From Chloroflexota bacterium (GTDB lineage: Bacteria; Chloroflexota; UBA6077; CF-72), in the NCBI GenBank assembly GCA_051006215.1, contig JBPCIO010000005.1, positions 10,092 through 74,091 on the forward strand: a DNA stretch of 64,000 nt, given 5' to 3'. Of the stretch, positions 50,104 through 60,062 are shown piece after piece (the first letter of the stretch is position 1; each line of letters begins with the position of its first letter). A model generated the notes under the pieces. It had not been told where the DNA came from and made no database searches. It saw only the letters and a program-made list of their open reading frames with translations. The position numbers and the translations under genes were made by a program.

Positions 50104-50724
50104 ATGCGCCTGAAGGACCTTCGTGGACTTCCTGTCATCGATCCAAAGTTGGCGCGCAGGATTGGCAGCGTGCTCGACTTTCAGGTCGATCCCGTCAGCG
50201 GTCGTCTGGCCGCCCTTGACGTTGGCAGTAGCAGCACCGACCAGGCCCAACGGATACTGGCGGCCAGCATTCGGCGCGTGGGTCGGAGCGCCGTTATCCT
50301 GACCGCGGCGGCGCGAGATGACGGCGCTGGGGCTGCCCCGGCGGCGCATAACCACTGGCTGGACGCCTCCAGCCTGAGCGGGCTCGAAGTGGTCGGCGAT
50401 GATGGCAGCCGCGTCGGTCGGCTGATGGACGCGAGCTTTGATCAGGACAGCCTGAAAATTGAGGTGTACCTGCTTCGGTCAGGCATCCTTCAGCGCGCAC
50501 TTGGCAGGCCACGCCGTATCGCACCCGCTCAGGTCCAATCGTGCAGCCGTGAACTGATGATGATCGTTTCGGGCGGCGTACGGGATCCCGGCCAGGCCTC
50601 AGCACCAGGCGAAACCGCAGCCCGGCTGAGCGCGCACTTGCCGCTCAAAGCCGAGGACCGGCCGTCCACTTCGGCTCTGAACCAGATAGCTGACGGTCAG
50701 ACCACCAGCGCCCGTTCGGGTTAA
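50104..50724 (+). CDS. PRC-barrel domain protein
   Basis: The internal ATG gives MRLKDLRGLPVIDPKLARRIGSVLDFQVDPVSGRLAAL, a PRC-barrel pattern that is duplicated (LSGLEVVGDDGSRVGRLMDASFD). Confidence 0.5.
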   Translation: MRLKDLRGLPVIDPKLARRIGSVLDFQVDPVSGRLAALDVGSSSTDQAQRILAASIRRVGRSAVILTAAARDDGAGAAPAAHNHWLDASSLSGLEVVGDDGSRVGRLMDASFDQDSLKIEVYLLRSGILQRALGRPRRIAPAQVQSCSRELMMIVSGGVRDPGQASAPGETAARLSAHLPLKAEDRPSTSALNQIADGQTTSARSG

Positions 50725-50772
50725 ACGGCGTACCTGCGGGTCACGGCAGGTTGAGGCAGTACGATTAGCGAC

Positions 50773-52110
50773 ATGGCAGTGTCCGTGTCGGCTTCGGCAT
50801 CCTTCCAGCAAACGACGCTGGACAATGGCCTTCGGGTCATCCTCCGCGAGGTACGCGAGCGCCCCCTGGTTGGCGTGTGGATGTGGTATCACGTCGGCGG
50901 TCGGAACGAGCTGCCCGGTACGACCGGTGTCTCCCACTGGGTCGAGCACATGCTCTTCAAGGGTGGCAAACGCTTCGGCAAAGGCGAAATCACCAAAGAG
51001 ATCTCGCGCCGCGGTGGCACGCTCAACGCCTTTACCTGGATCGACTGCACGGCCTATTTTGAAACGCTGCCCGCCGCTGAGATCGACCTGGCGCTGGCGA
51101 TCGAGTCAGATCGCATGTACGACACACGCATCGAGCCGGACGAAGCTGAAGCCGAGCGCAGCGTCGTCATCAGCGAGCGCGAGGGCAGCGAAAACTACCC
51201 CGAGTTCTGGTTACGCGAGGAAGTCCAGGCGGTGGCCTGGCGCGAACACCCCTACCGACTTGGCGTGATCGGCCCCAAGAGCGACTTGCGCGCCATGACT
51301 CGCGAAAATCTGTACGAGCACTACAAGCGCTATTACATGAGCAACAACGCGACCATGGTGATCGCGGGCGATTTTTCGTCCTCGGAGCTCCTGGACAAGA
51401 TCCACGCCGAGTTCGACAAGCACCCTGCCGGGCAGACTCCGCCGGCGCTGACCATTGAAGAGCAGCCCCAGACGGGCGAGCGGCGGGTGATGGTTCGCCG
51501 GCCAGGACCCACTCATTATGTCATGTTGGCGTATCACGCTCCTGAAGCCAGTCACATCGACGCCGCGGCCATGGTTGTGCTGAGCTCGGTCCTTGGCGGC
51601 GCGTCGAGCCCCATCGCCTGGGGCGGCGCGCGGGGACTCGGCCGCAGCTCACGCCTGTACCGCGCGCTCGTCGATGGTGAGATTGCCAGTTCTGTTTCAG
51701 CCGGCTTCGAGTTGACGCTCGATCCGTACCTGTTCGGCGTGGACGCCACCCTGCGCGACGGAGTCGAACCAGCCCGAGCAGAAGCAGCCATCCTGACCGA
51801 GGTCGAGCGGATTCAGCGCCAGGGCGTCACACCCGACGAGTTGGCTCGCACGCGGCGCCAGCTGCATGCCCAGGTGGTCTATTCACTGGAAGGGGTTACC
51901 AACCAGGGCTTTGCCCTTGGGTTCATGGACCTGGTGGCGCGCGATCCGGCCGCCTGGGAAACGTTTCCGCGGGCGCTCCAGAACGTCACGTCCGACGACG
52001 TCCAGCGCGTCGCCAACACGTACCTGGTCGAGCAGCAGCGCACAACCGGCTGGTTTAGCCCGATGGCTCAGAATCCCGCCTCGAGTGACGGCGCAGAGCC
52101 CCGCTCATGA
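50773..52110 (+). CDS. M16 family zinc peptidase (active subunit, HxxEH)
   Basis: The inverted zincin motif is present as HWVEHMLFKG. 445 aa. Confidence 0.85.
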   Translation: MAVSVSASASFQQTTLDNGLRVILREVRERPLVGVWMWYHVGGRNELPGTTGVSHWVEHMLFKGGKRFGKGEITKEISRRGGTLNAFTWIDCTAYFETLPAAEIDLALAIESDRMYDTRIEPDEAEAERSVVISEREGSENYPEFWLREEVQAVAWREHPYRLGVIGPKSDLRAMTRENLYEHYKRYYMSNNATMVIAGDFSSSELLDKIHAEFDKHPAGQTPPALTIEEQPQTGERRVMVRRPGPTHYVMLAYHAPEASHIDAAAMVVLSSVLGGASSPIAWGGARGLGRSSRLYRALVDGEIASSVSAGFELTLDPYLFGVDATLRDGVEPARAEAAILTEVERIQRQGVTPDELARTRRQLHAQVVYSLEGVTNQGFALGFMDLVARDPAAWETFPRALQNVTSDDVQRVANTYLVEQQRTTGWFSPMAQNPASSDGAEPRS

Positions 52111-53381
52111 CTGGCGTCGCCGAGAGCGCCCTACGGCCGCGGCGAGTGGCGTTCGACAATGGGCTCGTCCTGCTACATAACCGCGCGGCTAGCAATCCTT
52201 CGGTCACGCTCCGGGCCCTGGTGCGGGCGGGTGCGAGCCGCGAGACGCCTACCGAACACGGGATCGCCGGACTGACCGGACGCATGCTGCGCCAGGGCAC
52301 CGAGCACATCGCCAAGGCCGCTCTCGCGGAGGAGCTCGACGGCATCGGGGCTGGTCTGTCTGTCGATGTCGGTTACGCGCTGGTAGCTGTGTCGATCAAG
52401 TGCTTGAGCGACGATTTCTCACGCGCCGCGGAGATCCTCGCCGAGCTGCTGCTGCGGCCTACGTTCCCAGCTGACGAGTTGGAAAAACTGAAGGGTCAGG
52501 CGCTCACCGATCTCAAGGAGATGGGCGACAACACGCGCTTTGTCTCGGAGCGCACGTGGCGCGAGCTCGCCTACCCGGCCACGCATCCCTACCATCGCTT
52601 GACGGTTGGCACAGCCGAAAGCGTGCGTTCAGCCTCGCGCCAACACCTGAGCGCGTTTCACGGCGCCTGGTACGGCCCGAACCAGACGACGCTGATCGTC
52701 GTCGGCGATGTCGCTTTCGAGCAAGCCGCGGCCATAGCAGAACGCACCCTTGGCGACTGGGCGCGTGCCCGCACCGAACCCGTCGAAGCCTCGCTTCCGA
52801 GCACGGACTTACCGAGCAAGCAGTTGCGGGAGGTCCAAATGGAAGGCAAGACTCAGGCGGACGTCTCGATCGGTCTTCCGACCCTCGATCGTGCCGCGGC
52901 CGACTACTACGCATTGAGCTTTGCCAATCACATCCTGGGCCGGATGTACTTCATGGGCCGGTTCGGCGAAAAGGTGCGCGACGAGCAGGGCCTCGCCTAT
53001 CACGCGTATTCAGAGCTGCAGGGTAGCTACGGGCGCGGCGCCTGGCTCATGCGAGCTGGGGTGAACCCAAGCAACCTGAACAGGGCGTTGGAAAGCATCG
53101 ATGTCGAGCTCAGGCGCTTCCTGGCCGACGGGCCGACGCCTCAAGAGCAGATCGACGGCGTCAGTAGCCTGCTCGGAAGCTTACCGCGTCAACTCGAGAC
53201 CAACGAGGGCGCCGCGGCAGTGATGGGTGAGATCGAGCTGTACAACCTCGGGCTTGACTACCTGGAGCGCTATCCAGATATCGTCCGGTCGCTCACGAGC
53301 GACAAGGTGACCGACGCCGCCAGGCGGTGGATCGACCCGGAGCACCTCGTGACCGCTATCGCCGGCCCGCCTCGCACATAA
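52107..53381 (+). CDS. M16 family peptidase-like protein (HxxEH absent; probable non-catalytic partner)
   Basis: An M16 fold of 424 aa without the zinc motif. It overlaps the upstream M16 gene by 4 nt. Confidence 0.75.
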   Translation: MTGVAESALRPRRVAFDNGLVLLHNRAASNPSVTLRALVRAGASRETPTEHGIAGLTGRMLRQGTEHIAKAALAEELDGIGAGLSVDVGYALVAVSIKCLSDDFSRAAEILAELLLRPTFPADELEKLKGQALTDLKEMGDNTRFVSERTWRELAYPATHPYHRLTVGTAESVRSASRQHLSAFHGAWYGPNQTTLIVVGDVAFEQAAAIAERTLGDWARARTEPVEASLPSTDLPSKQLREVQMEGKTQADVSIGLPTLDRAAADYYALSFANHILGRMYFMGRFGEKVRDEQGLAYHAYSELQGSYGRGAWLMRAGVNPSNLNRALESIDVELRRFLADGPTPQEQIDGVSSLLGSLPRQLETNEGAAAVMGEIELYNLGLDYLERYPDIVRSLTSDKVTDAARRWIDPEHLVTAIAGPPRT

Positions 53382-53407
53382 CGGCGGGCATCGGTCCGAC
53401 TCGCGGG

Positions 53408-53947
53408 GTGGACGATTGGCGACTACGTGTCTGCCTCGAGCGAACCATCGAGCTGCCCGAGGTGGATCTTCAGCTGCGTGACTGGCCGGGTGCGGTCGGC
53501 CCGCTGGTGCACGTTCCCGATCCGCTATCCCCCGACGACAGCATTGTGAACGGGCTGGCCGAGGCGCTTGCACCCGGGTATCGCGTCGTGAGCGTGAAGC
53601 CGCGCGGCGCAAGCCCGTACCAGGTGGATGCGGCGGACCTGCTCGCGCTACTCGACCAGTTCGGCTTTGCCACGCCAGTCGTGGTAGCCGAGCGTCTCGG
53701 GTGCCTGGCCGCGCTGCTGATCTCCGCATGGCACGCTGGCCGGGTGGCGGGTCTGGTGTTGATCGATCCCATTTTCGAGCCACCCGCGGGTGGCAGCATC
53801 GAAGCACGTGCCGTCAGGGACTGTCCGCCAAATTGGGCGGTGCTTCGGGCGGCGGTCCAGTGTCCTGTGCTGGAGCTGCTACAAACAGCCTCCGTTGTCG
53901 AACGAGTGGCGCAATTTTTGGCTCAGCTTGGGCCCGGACTGACCTGA
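53408..53947 (+). CDS. Alpha/beta-hydrolase-fold-like protein (non-canonical nucleophile elbow)
   Basis: The GTG-initiated part of ORF 53327..53947. The core is hydrolase-like (VVVAERLGCLAALL where GxSxG would be expected). Confidence 0.4.
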   Translation: MDDWRLRVCLERTIELPEVDLQLRDWPGAVGPLVHVPDPLSPDDSIVNGLAEALAPGYRVVSVKPRGASPYQVDAADLLALLDQFGFATPVVVAERLGCLAALLISAWHAGRVAGLVLIDPIFEPPAGGSIEARAVRDCPPNWAVLRAAVQCPVLELLQTASVVERVAQFLAQLGPGLT

Positions 53948-54318
53948 AAGCGTTCCGCTACCCAGCCACCGCAACTGGCGGCGGTCATAGCCAGCACGTC
54001 GCTCAGCGTGAGCTGGACAAAGTCGAGGGGTGCCAAGGCTGCCAACCCAAACTCGTGGGCGATCATCGCATCCCGCGCGGCCTGAACGGTTGCCGTCGCC
54101 AGAATGTACACGACCGCCATGAGCGCCGCGTAGCCGACCTGCCACCTGCCGGCCAGGTGGCCCGTCACGTAGCCAGCCAGGCCCAGGCCAAGACACAGCG
54201 GCAGATAAGCCAGCAGCCACGACGCACCCGCCCGTGTCTGAGCCAGGAGCGCGCCAAACACGACCTGCATGCCCAGGCCCGTCACGCACCCCAGCCCGAC
54301 TGCCAGCCAGGGCCGCAC
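53923..54318 (-). CDS. Hypothetical polytopic membrane protein
   Basis: 131 aa with about 4 TM helices. No domain recognised. Confidence 0.35.
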   Translation of the reverse strand: MRPWLAVGLGCVTGLGMQVVFGALLAQTRAGASWLLAYLPLCLGLGLAGYVTGHLAGRWQVGYAALMAVVYILATATVQAARDAMIAHEFGLAALAPLDFVQLTLSDVLAMTAASCGGWVAERFQVSPGPS

Positions 54319-54823
54319 TTCGGGAGTATAGCCTCGGGCTCAATCGACGAGGCGCGTACCTCTGATCCCGAGGTCGCTGCCCGCGCACGAACGGCGAAGT
54401 CCGGCTGCTTTCACAGCCGGCCAAGCCGCGCTGCACGTGCCCCAGTCTGGCCAGAGAACGTGCGATAGGGTTGCCAACGCACGCGGACTGGGCGTTCAAC
54501 TTGCCACTGAGGACATCTGCCCCGGCCGGGAACGGGCGAGTTCGGTTGACCCGCTCGGCAGAGTGTGCCCACCGAGAATTGACCGCAGGGATACCATACG
54601 CGCTGTGGGGCTGGAGCCCGCCATCGCGGCGCTGGTGATGATCATGGGCATCGTGCTGACTTCGGCTGGGGTGTTCGCGCACACCGGCCAGGCTGTTGCG
54701 CCGGGCGCGCTGTTGACCCTCGTCGGCGGTGGATGGCTGGGGAACAGCCTGGCTCGCCGCGAGGTGAGACTGCTACCTGGCTCGCTGGTCGCCCACTCCG
54801 ACGAAGCAACCCCGGAACGCTGA

Positions 54824-56938
54824 ATGCCCACCCGCCAGATCGGCTGGAACGTCGGGGAGGGAGCCTTCGCGGTGATGTACGTCCTGGTGGCTGTCCAGGC
54901 ACTGCTGCTGGCCTATGGCGGCACCCGCCGCTACCGCATGTGGCGGCGAGGCCGTTCACTGGCGAGTGGTCCGATAGACCACGTTTCGGAGCGTCTGCGG
55001 CACGCCCTTGCAGTCACGTTCCTGCATCGACGGCTCATCCGTCCCGGCTACATCTATTCCGGCCTCATGCACCTGTTCATTTTCTGGGGCTTCGTCGTCT
55101 TGTTCATCGGGACGCTGATAGTGCTGCTCGAAGCCGACATCGTGCGCCCGTACCTCGGCCTGAGCTTTTATCAGGGCGGCTTTTACGTAGCCTACAAGCT
55201 GGTCATAAACCTCTTCGGCTTGCTCTTTGTGATCGGCCTGCTGATGGCGGTCTACCGTCGCTACGCTCAGAGACTACCCAGGTTCAGACGCAACCTGTCC
55301 GACGACGCGCTGGTGCTGGGCATGCTGCTGTTCTTGGGTCTGACGGGCTTTCTGTTGCAGGCCCTGCGGCTGGCGGCCACGCACGATCCAGCCGCGCCGA
55401 TCCACTGGGTGTCGTATCCGCTGTCGCTCGCGCTCGGCAATCTCGATCCAGGCGTGCTCGCGGGCGCGCATACGGTCACCTGGTGGTCGCACATGCTGGC
55501 CAACACCGCTCTGCTGGTGTACATCCCGGTATCCAAGCTGGCCCACATCTTTACTGGACCAGCCAACGTGTTTTTGCGCGCAACGGAGCCTAAAGCCGCG
55601 CTGAGCACAATCAAGAATATCGAAGAGCAGGAACGCTTCGGGGTTGCCAAACTCGAAGACTTCTCCTGGAAACAGCTCCTCAACTTCGACGCGTGCATGC
55701 GCTGTGGCCGCTGTCTTGATTTTTGCCCAACGTTCAACACCGGCAAACCCCTGAAGCCGCGTCAGCTCATCGTCGAGATCGGGGCGTATATGAATCGTCA
55801 GGCCGGACTCCTGGCTGGCCCAGCCGGCCCACGCCTCGCAGAAGCCGGAGTGCAGGGAAACGAGCTCACGGCACCCGAGCAGCCCAGCCTGCAGCAGCTA
55901 CCGCTCGTCGCCAACCTTATCGGAGACGTCGTCTCCGAAGATGAGCTGTGGGACTGCACGACCTGTCGAGCCTGCATGGAGCAGTGCCCCGTCCAGATCG
56001 AGCACGTGCCGCTCATCGTCGAGATGCGTCGCAACCTGGTCCTCGAGCAGAGCAAATTCCCACAGGAGCTGGTGACGCTGTTCAACAACCTCGAGCGCAA
56101 CGGCAATCCGTACTCGTTCCCGGCCAGCACGCGGGCCGAGTGGGCCTCGGCGGCCGGGGTCCAGGAGCTCTCGCAAGTCGAAGACGTGAGCAGCCTGGAG
56201 GTCATCTACTGGGTCGGCTGCATGTCGTCGTTCGACGCCCGCAACCAGCGCGTCGCGACGGCGCTGGCGAAGATCTTTGCCGCGGCCGGCGTGCGTTTCG
56301 CCATTCTTGGTCGCGAGGAGGGCTGCAGTGGCGACCCAGCTCGCCGCGCAGGCAACGAGTACCTGTACCAGACCCTGGCGCAAACCAATATCGAGCGCCT
56401 CAACCAGTACAGCTCCGGCAAGCGCATCGTGGCCAGCTGCCCGCACTGCTTCAACACCCTCAAGAACGAGTACCCCGAGCTGGGGGGCAACTACGCCGTC
56501 GTCCACCACAGCCAGTTCATCCAGGAGCTGATCGAGTCGGGGCGTCTTCAGACAGCGCCCGGGACGCTGCAGGGCCATGGCTTCGCCTACCACGATCCGT
56601 GCTATCTGGGTCGATACAACGACGTCTACGACGAGCCGCGTGAGGTGATGAATTCCGTGGCGGGCGGGTTCGCCGAAATGCCCAGGTGTCGCGAACGAGG
56701 CTTCTGCTGTGGCGCCGGCGGGGCGCGCGCTTTCATGGAGGAAAAGCGTGGCACGCGCATCAGTCACAATCGCTTGAACGAAGCCATCGATACCAAGGCG
56801 AACGGGGTTGCGGTCGCGTGCCCATTCTGCGTGACCATGTTCGAGGACGGCGTACGTGCGCTCAACGTGGACGAGCGATTCGCGGTGCGGGACATCGCCG
56901 AGATCGTGGCCGAGGCGCTCACGCCACCTGAGTCGTGA
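54824..56938 (+). CDS. etfD: EtfD-like membrane Fe-S oxidoreductase (NarI-like cytochrome-b N-domain fused to an HdrD/GlpC-like domain with two 4Fe-4S and two CCG motifs)
   Basis: About 5 N-terminal TM helices with conserved His residues, then CMRCGRCLDFCP and CTTCRACMEQCP ferredoxin motifs, then two Cys-rich CCG domains (CPHCFNT..., FCCGAGG). It lies directly upstream of etfB-etfA. Confidence 0.75.
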   Translation: MPTRQIGWNVGEGAFAVMYVLVAVQALLLAYGGTRRYRMWRRGRSLASGPIDHVSERLRHALAVTFLHRRLIRPGYIYSGLMHLFIFWGFVVLFIGTLIVLLEADIVRPYLGLSFYQGGFYVAYKLVINLFGLLFVIGLLMAVYRRYAQRLPRFRRNLSDDALVLGMLLFLGLTGFLLQALRLAATHDPAAPIHWVSYPLSLALGNLDPGVLAGAHTVTWWSHMLANTALLVYIPVSKLAHIFTGPANVFLRATEPKAALSTIKNIEEQERFGVAKLEDFSWKQLLNFDACMRCGRCLDFCPTFNTGKPLKPRQLIVEIGAYMNRQAGLLAGPAGPRLAEAGVQGNELTAPEQPSLQQLPLVANLIGDVVSEDELWDCTTCRACMEQCPVQIEHVPLIVEMRRNLVLEQSKFPQELVTLFNNLERNGNPYSFPASTRAEWASAAGVQELSQVEDVSSLEVIYWVGCMSSFDARNQRVATALAKIFAAAGVRFAILGREEGCSGDPARRAGNEYLYQTLAQTNIERLNQYSSGKRIVASCPHCFNTLKNEYPELGGNYAVVHHSQFIQELIESGRLQTAPGTLQGHGFAYHDPCYLGRYNDVYDEPREVMNSVAGGFAEMPRCRERGFCCGAGGARAFMEEKRGTRISHNRLNEAIDTKANGVAVACPFCVTMFEDGVRALNVDERFAVRDIAEIVAEALTPPES

Positions 56939-56971
56939 TTCCGGGACCAGGCCAGCGCATTTGCTAACGTT

Positions 56972-57769
56972 GTGTTCCTGATGGACATCGTCGTCACGGT
57001 CAAGCAAGTCCCCGACCCAGATATCCCGCCGTCCCACTTCAAAGTGGACGAGGCGACCAGGACCGTCATCCCGCCCACCGGGGTCGCTCCAGTGATGAAT
57101 GGCTACGATGCGCATGCCCTCGAAGCCGCGCTGCGCCTGAAGGAGCAATTGGGCGGCAAGGTCACCGTCGTCAGTTTGGGGCCCGACTCGGCCCGCGACG
57201 CACTGAAGCGTGCGATTGCGATGGGGGCTGACGCTGCCGTCCACGTGAACGACCCGGCCCTCAACGGCGCCGACAGCACGACGACGGCACGCGCCCTGGC
57301 CGCCGCCATACAGAAGCTGGGCCAGGTCGACCTTATCCTGTGTGGTCGGCAGGCGTCGGACACTGACGGTGGTCAAGTCCACCTAGGCGTGGCAGCCCAC
57401 CTTGGGCTGCCCGCGGTCTCGCCGGTGCAGAAAATCGACCAACCCTCGGCGGAGTCAGTCGTCGCAGAACGGATCGTCGAAGACGGCTACCAGCGTCTCA
57501 AGGTGCGCCTTCCAGCGCTGCTCGGCGTATCGAGTGAGATTAACGAGCCACGCTACCCGCCCCTCAAGGGCATCATGGCCGCCGGCCGCGCCCAGATACC
57601 GGTCTGGTCGGCAGCCGACCTCGGGGTGGATACCAAAGCTGACATGGTGCACTTGCGCCGACTGTATGTCGAAACGCGTGAGGCCAGCGTCGAGTTGATC
57701 GAAGCTGACTCACCTAGCGAAGCCGGCACGAAGCTGGCGGACAAACTGCGTGAAGCGAGGCTGGTCTAG
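56972..57769 (+). CDS. etfB: Electron transfer flavoprotein subunit beta
   Basis: 265 aa with an EtfB N-terminal fold (MDIVVTVKQVPDPD...). Confidence 0.9.
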   Translation: MFLMDIVVTVKQVPDPDIPPSHFKVDEATRTVIPPTGVAPVMNGYDAHALEAALRLKEQLGGKVTVVSLGPDSARDALKRAIAMGADAAVHVNDPALNGADSTTTARALAAAIQKLGQVDLILCGRQASDTDGGQVHLGVAAHLGLPAVSPVQKIDQPSAESVVAERIVEDGYQRLKVRLPALLGVSSEINEPRYPPLKGIMAAGRAQIPVWSAADLGVDTKADMVHLRRLYVETREASVELIEADSPSEAGTKLADKLREARLV

Positions 57770-57771
57770 TC

Positions 57772-58752
57772 ATGCCAGGCGTAGTGCTCATAGCCGAAGC
57801 CTCGGGCGAGCAGCTTTCTGCCACTACTGCCGAACTGGCCGGCGAGGCAGCCCGGCTAGCGCAGCAGCTCGGAAGTGGGCCGGTCACGGCCGTGCTGGCT
57901 GGCAACAACGTGCAGACTCTGGCTGGCGGACTGGGCCAACTCGGCGTCGAAAGCGTGCTCATTGCCGAGAGTGATGGTCCGACCCCGCCGTCACCCGAAT
58001 GGATGCTCTCGGCTGCCGAACACGCCTGTCAGCGTGTGCAGCCGGATGTCGTGCTGCTCACGCACGCTGGTGCGAACCGCGACCTTGCAGCCTCGCTCGC
58101 CTACCGTCTTGGAGGCGGTCTGGTCACCGACGCGACCGCGCTACGCATCGACGGCGGCGAGCTGATCATCACCAAGCCAGTCTTTGGCGGCAGCGCCATA
58201 GCCGAGTATTCGATCAGCACCTCGCCCAAAGTCGTGACGCTGCGCCCGCGCTCCTTCGAGACTGCCGAGCCCGCCACACCAAAGGATGCCAAGGTTGAGG
58301 CGCTCACAATTCCGGCGTTTGAAGCGGCTATCGAAGTCCTCGAGGAAATACGCGAGCAGGCCACGACCGGACCGCGCCTCAAAGATGCCAAAGTCATCGT
58401 CTCGGGCGGACGCGGTCTGGGGGGCCCCGAGAACTGGCACGTCGTGGAGGAGCTGGCGCTGTTGCTCGGCGGGGCGGTGGGCGCCACCCGCGCGGTAACC
58501 GACGCGGGCTGGGTGGCGCCATCACTCCAGATCGGCCTCCCGGGTGCAACCGTTGCGCCAGACCTGTACATCACCATTGGCATCAGTGGCGCGGTGCAGC
58601 ACATCGCCGGCATCTCGGGCGCTCGCAACGTGGTCGCCATCAACCGTGACGCGGATGCCAATATCTTCAAGTACGCTCGATACGGAGTTGTGGGCGACTG
58701 GAAGATGATCGTGCCAGCCTTTTTTCAGCGGCTGAAGGAGCTGCGCGGCTGA
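57772..58752 (+). CDS. etfA: Electron transfer flavoprotein subunit alpha
   Basis: 326 aa with the FAD-binding C-terminus (VAINRDADANIFKYARYGVVGD). Confidence 0.9.
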   Translation: MPGVVLIAEASGEQLSATTAELAGEAARLAQQLGSGPVTAVLAGNNVQTLAGGLGQLGVESVLIAESDGPTPPSPEWMLSAAEHACQRVQPDVVLLTHAGANRDLAASLAYRLGGGLVTDATALRIDGGELIITKPVFGGSAIAEYSISTSPKVVTLRPRSFETAEPATPKDAKVEALTIPAFEAAIEVLEEIREQATTGPRLKDAKVIVSGGRGLGGPENWHVVEELALLLGGAVGATRAVTDAGWVAPSLQIGLPGATVAPDLYITIGISGAVQHIAGISGARNVVAINRDADANIFKYARYGVVGDWKMIVPAFFQRLKELRG

Positions 58753-58790
58753 GGCGAAGCGTCCTGCTGGCCGTCCTGCTGCTGCAATCG

Positions 58791-59087
58791 GTGGTGGGCT
58801 GCGCGGCGCCCTCAGTGGCAGCAGGCTCCCAGACAGTCCGCGGCGTTCTGCTCGAGGTGCAGAGTCCCGGCATCCAGCAGGTGGATCGCTTCAGCCTGCG
58901 TACCGATGCTGGCCAGGAGATGCTGTTCGTTACCGACCCCGGCTTCAATTCGGGGGCGTCTCATCTGATGACGCCAGGCCATATGCGTCAGCACATGGCT
59001 CTAGCCGACCCGGTGGTCGTGACGTACCGTGAAGACAAGGGCACGCTCGTGGCGCTGTCGGCTACCGACGCGACGAACCCGAACTAG
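58791..59087 (+). CDS. Small hypothetical protein (possible lipoprotein if a non-canonical upstream start is used)
   Basis: The in-frame upstream sequence encodes RRSVLLAVLLLQSVVGC (a lipobox), but no ATG, GTG or TTG precedes it. Confidence 0.35.
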   Translation: MVGCAAPSVAAGSQTVRGVLLEVQSPGIQQVDRFSLRTDAGQEMLFVTDPGFNSGASHLMTPGHMRQHMALADPVVVTYREDKGTLVALSATDATNPN

Positions 59088-59091
59088 TTCC

Positions 59092-60027
59092 CTACGACAA
59101 GACCGCCCTCAGCGCGGGTTCCAGTTCCTCTACGGGTGCGGCGCCCTCGAAGCGGTCCCGCACGATACCCGTCTTGTCGACAATAAAGGCCCACGGATCG
59201 CTCGGCAGGCCCCACTCGTCGACCGTACTGGCGACATGCTGACCGTCGAAAGGGAACTGATAAATCTCGACGTGGATGAAGTTGGCGCGCTCGGCGTAGG
59301 TGGAGTGCAGCTGTTGGACCGCCTGCAGCTCGGGTGCGCAGGTCGCACTGGTGCACAGTGCAGGCGTCGCGAACAACACCACGAGCGGCTTCTGGCCACT
59401 ATTGAGCGCCTCGGCGATGCTCGTCGAGTGCAGCGAGCAGGCCGGTGTGTTGCTGCAGATGCGCGCCGTGTCGCCATTCACGTCGCGCTCGGTGGGCGAC
59501 GCTGAACGCGGCGCAGGAGCGTCGTAGCCAGGTGCGCTGAATGTCGGCCGAACCTCGAAATTCATCCTGGCCAGTTTCGGAGTGTTGCTCGTGGCCGAAC
59601 CAGGATCGAGGGTCACCTGCGCCCCCCACGGCCCGGTCTCCGAGAAGGTCGTCGTAGTCACCCAGATGCCTTTGCTGGCGCCACCCACGGAACGGAAGAC
59701 CGCCGCGGCATCTGCCCGCTTTTCAGCCGACCCATTCGCCAGCAGCTTGAAGAAGCTGACACCCACTGTGCCGTCCGTGATGGGCTGATTTCGCGCGTCG
59801 ATCAGGCCCAGCGCGAAGCGGTTACGTCCCTGTGCGAGCTCGCTGCTGGCTTGCACGGCGGTAAGCTCGGCGCCAGTTGCTCGCGGCTTGACCAGGGGAT
59901 TGGCTGCCTCTGAGACGGCTGTCGGGGCTGAAGACCGAGGTCCTGCTGGCGCCTGGCAAGCAGCGACAATTGAGACCACGCCAGCCCCGAGCATGACAGG
60001 CATGACCTGTCGACGGGTCAGCAACAT
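59092..60027 (-). CDS. Exported thioredoxin-fold (SCO/TlpA-like) protein with a Cx4C motif and an N-terminal signal anchor
   Basis: The N-terminus has RRQVMPVMLGAGVVSIVAAC. The C-terminus has KPLVVLFATPALCTSATC...WAFIVDKTGIV, a thioredoxin-like pattern. A second Cys pair is CSNTPAC. Confidence 0.55.
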   Translation of the reverse strand: MLLTRRQVMPVMLGAGVVSIVAACQAPAGPRSSAPTAVSEAANPLVKPRATGAELTAVQASSELAQGRNRFALGLIDARNQPITDGTVGVSFFKLLANGSAEKRADAAAVFRSVGGASKGIWVTTTTFSETGPWGAQVTLDPGSATSNTPKLARMNFEVRPTFSAPGYDAPAPRSASPTERDVNGDTARICSNTPACSLHSTSIAEALNSGQKPLVVLFATPALCTSATCAPELQAVQQLHSTYAERANFIHVEIYQFPFDGQHVASTVDEWGLPSDPWAFIVDKTGIVRDRFEGAAPVEELEPALRAVLS

Positions 60028-60062
60028 AGCCGCGAAGTATAGCCTCGCGTCGACAGACGAGC

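Noticed and set aside
54397-54418. Hairpin CCGGCTG-ctttca-CAGCCGG between the hypothetical membrane gene and etfD
   Set aside because: It is short and lacks a U-tract. A real terminator or attenuator is plausible, but on this evidence it cannot be distinguished from chance GC-rich complementarity.
54437-54823. 128-aa ORF immediately upstream of etfD
   Set aside because: Only the last 60 aa or so look like a TM helix (MIMGIVLTSAGVFAHTG...). The rest is Arg/Pro-rich with no RBS or domain, so it is probably non-coding leader sequence.
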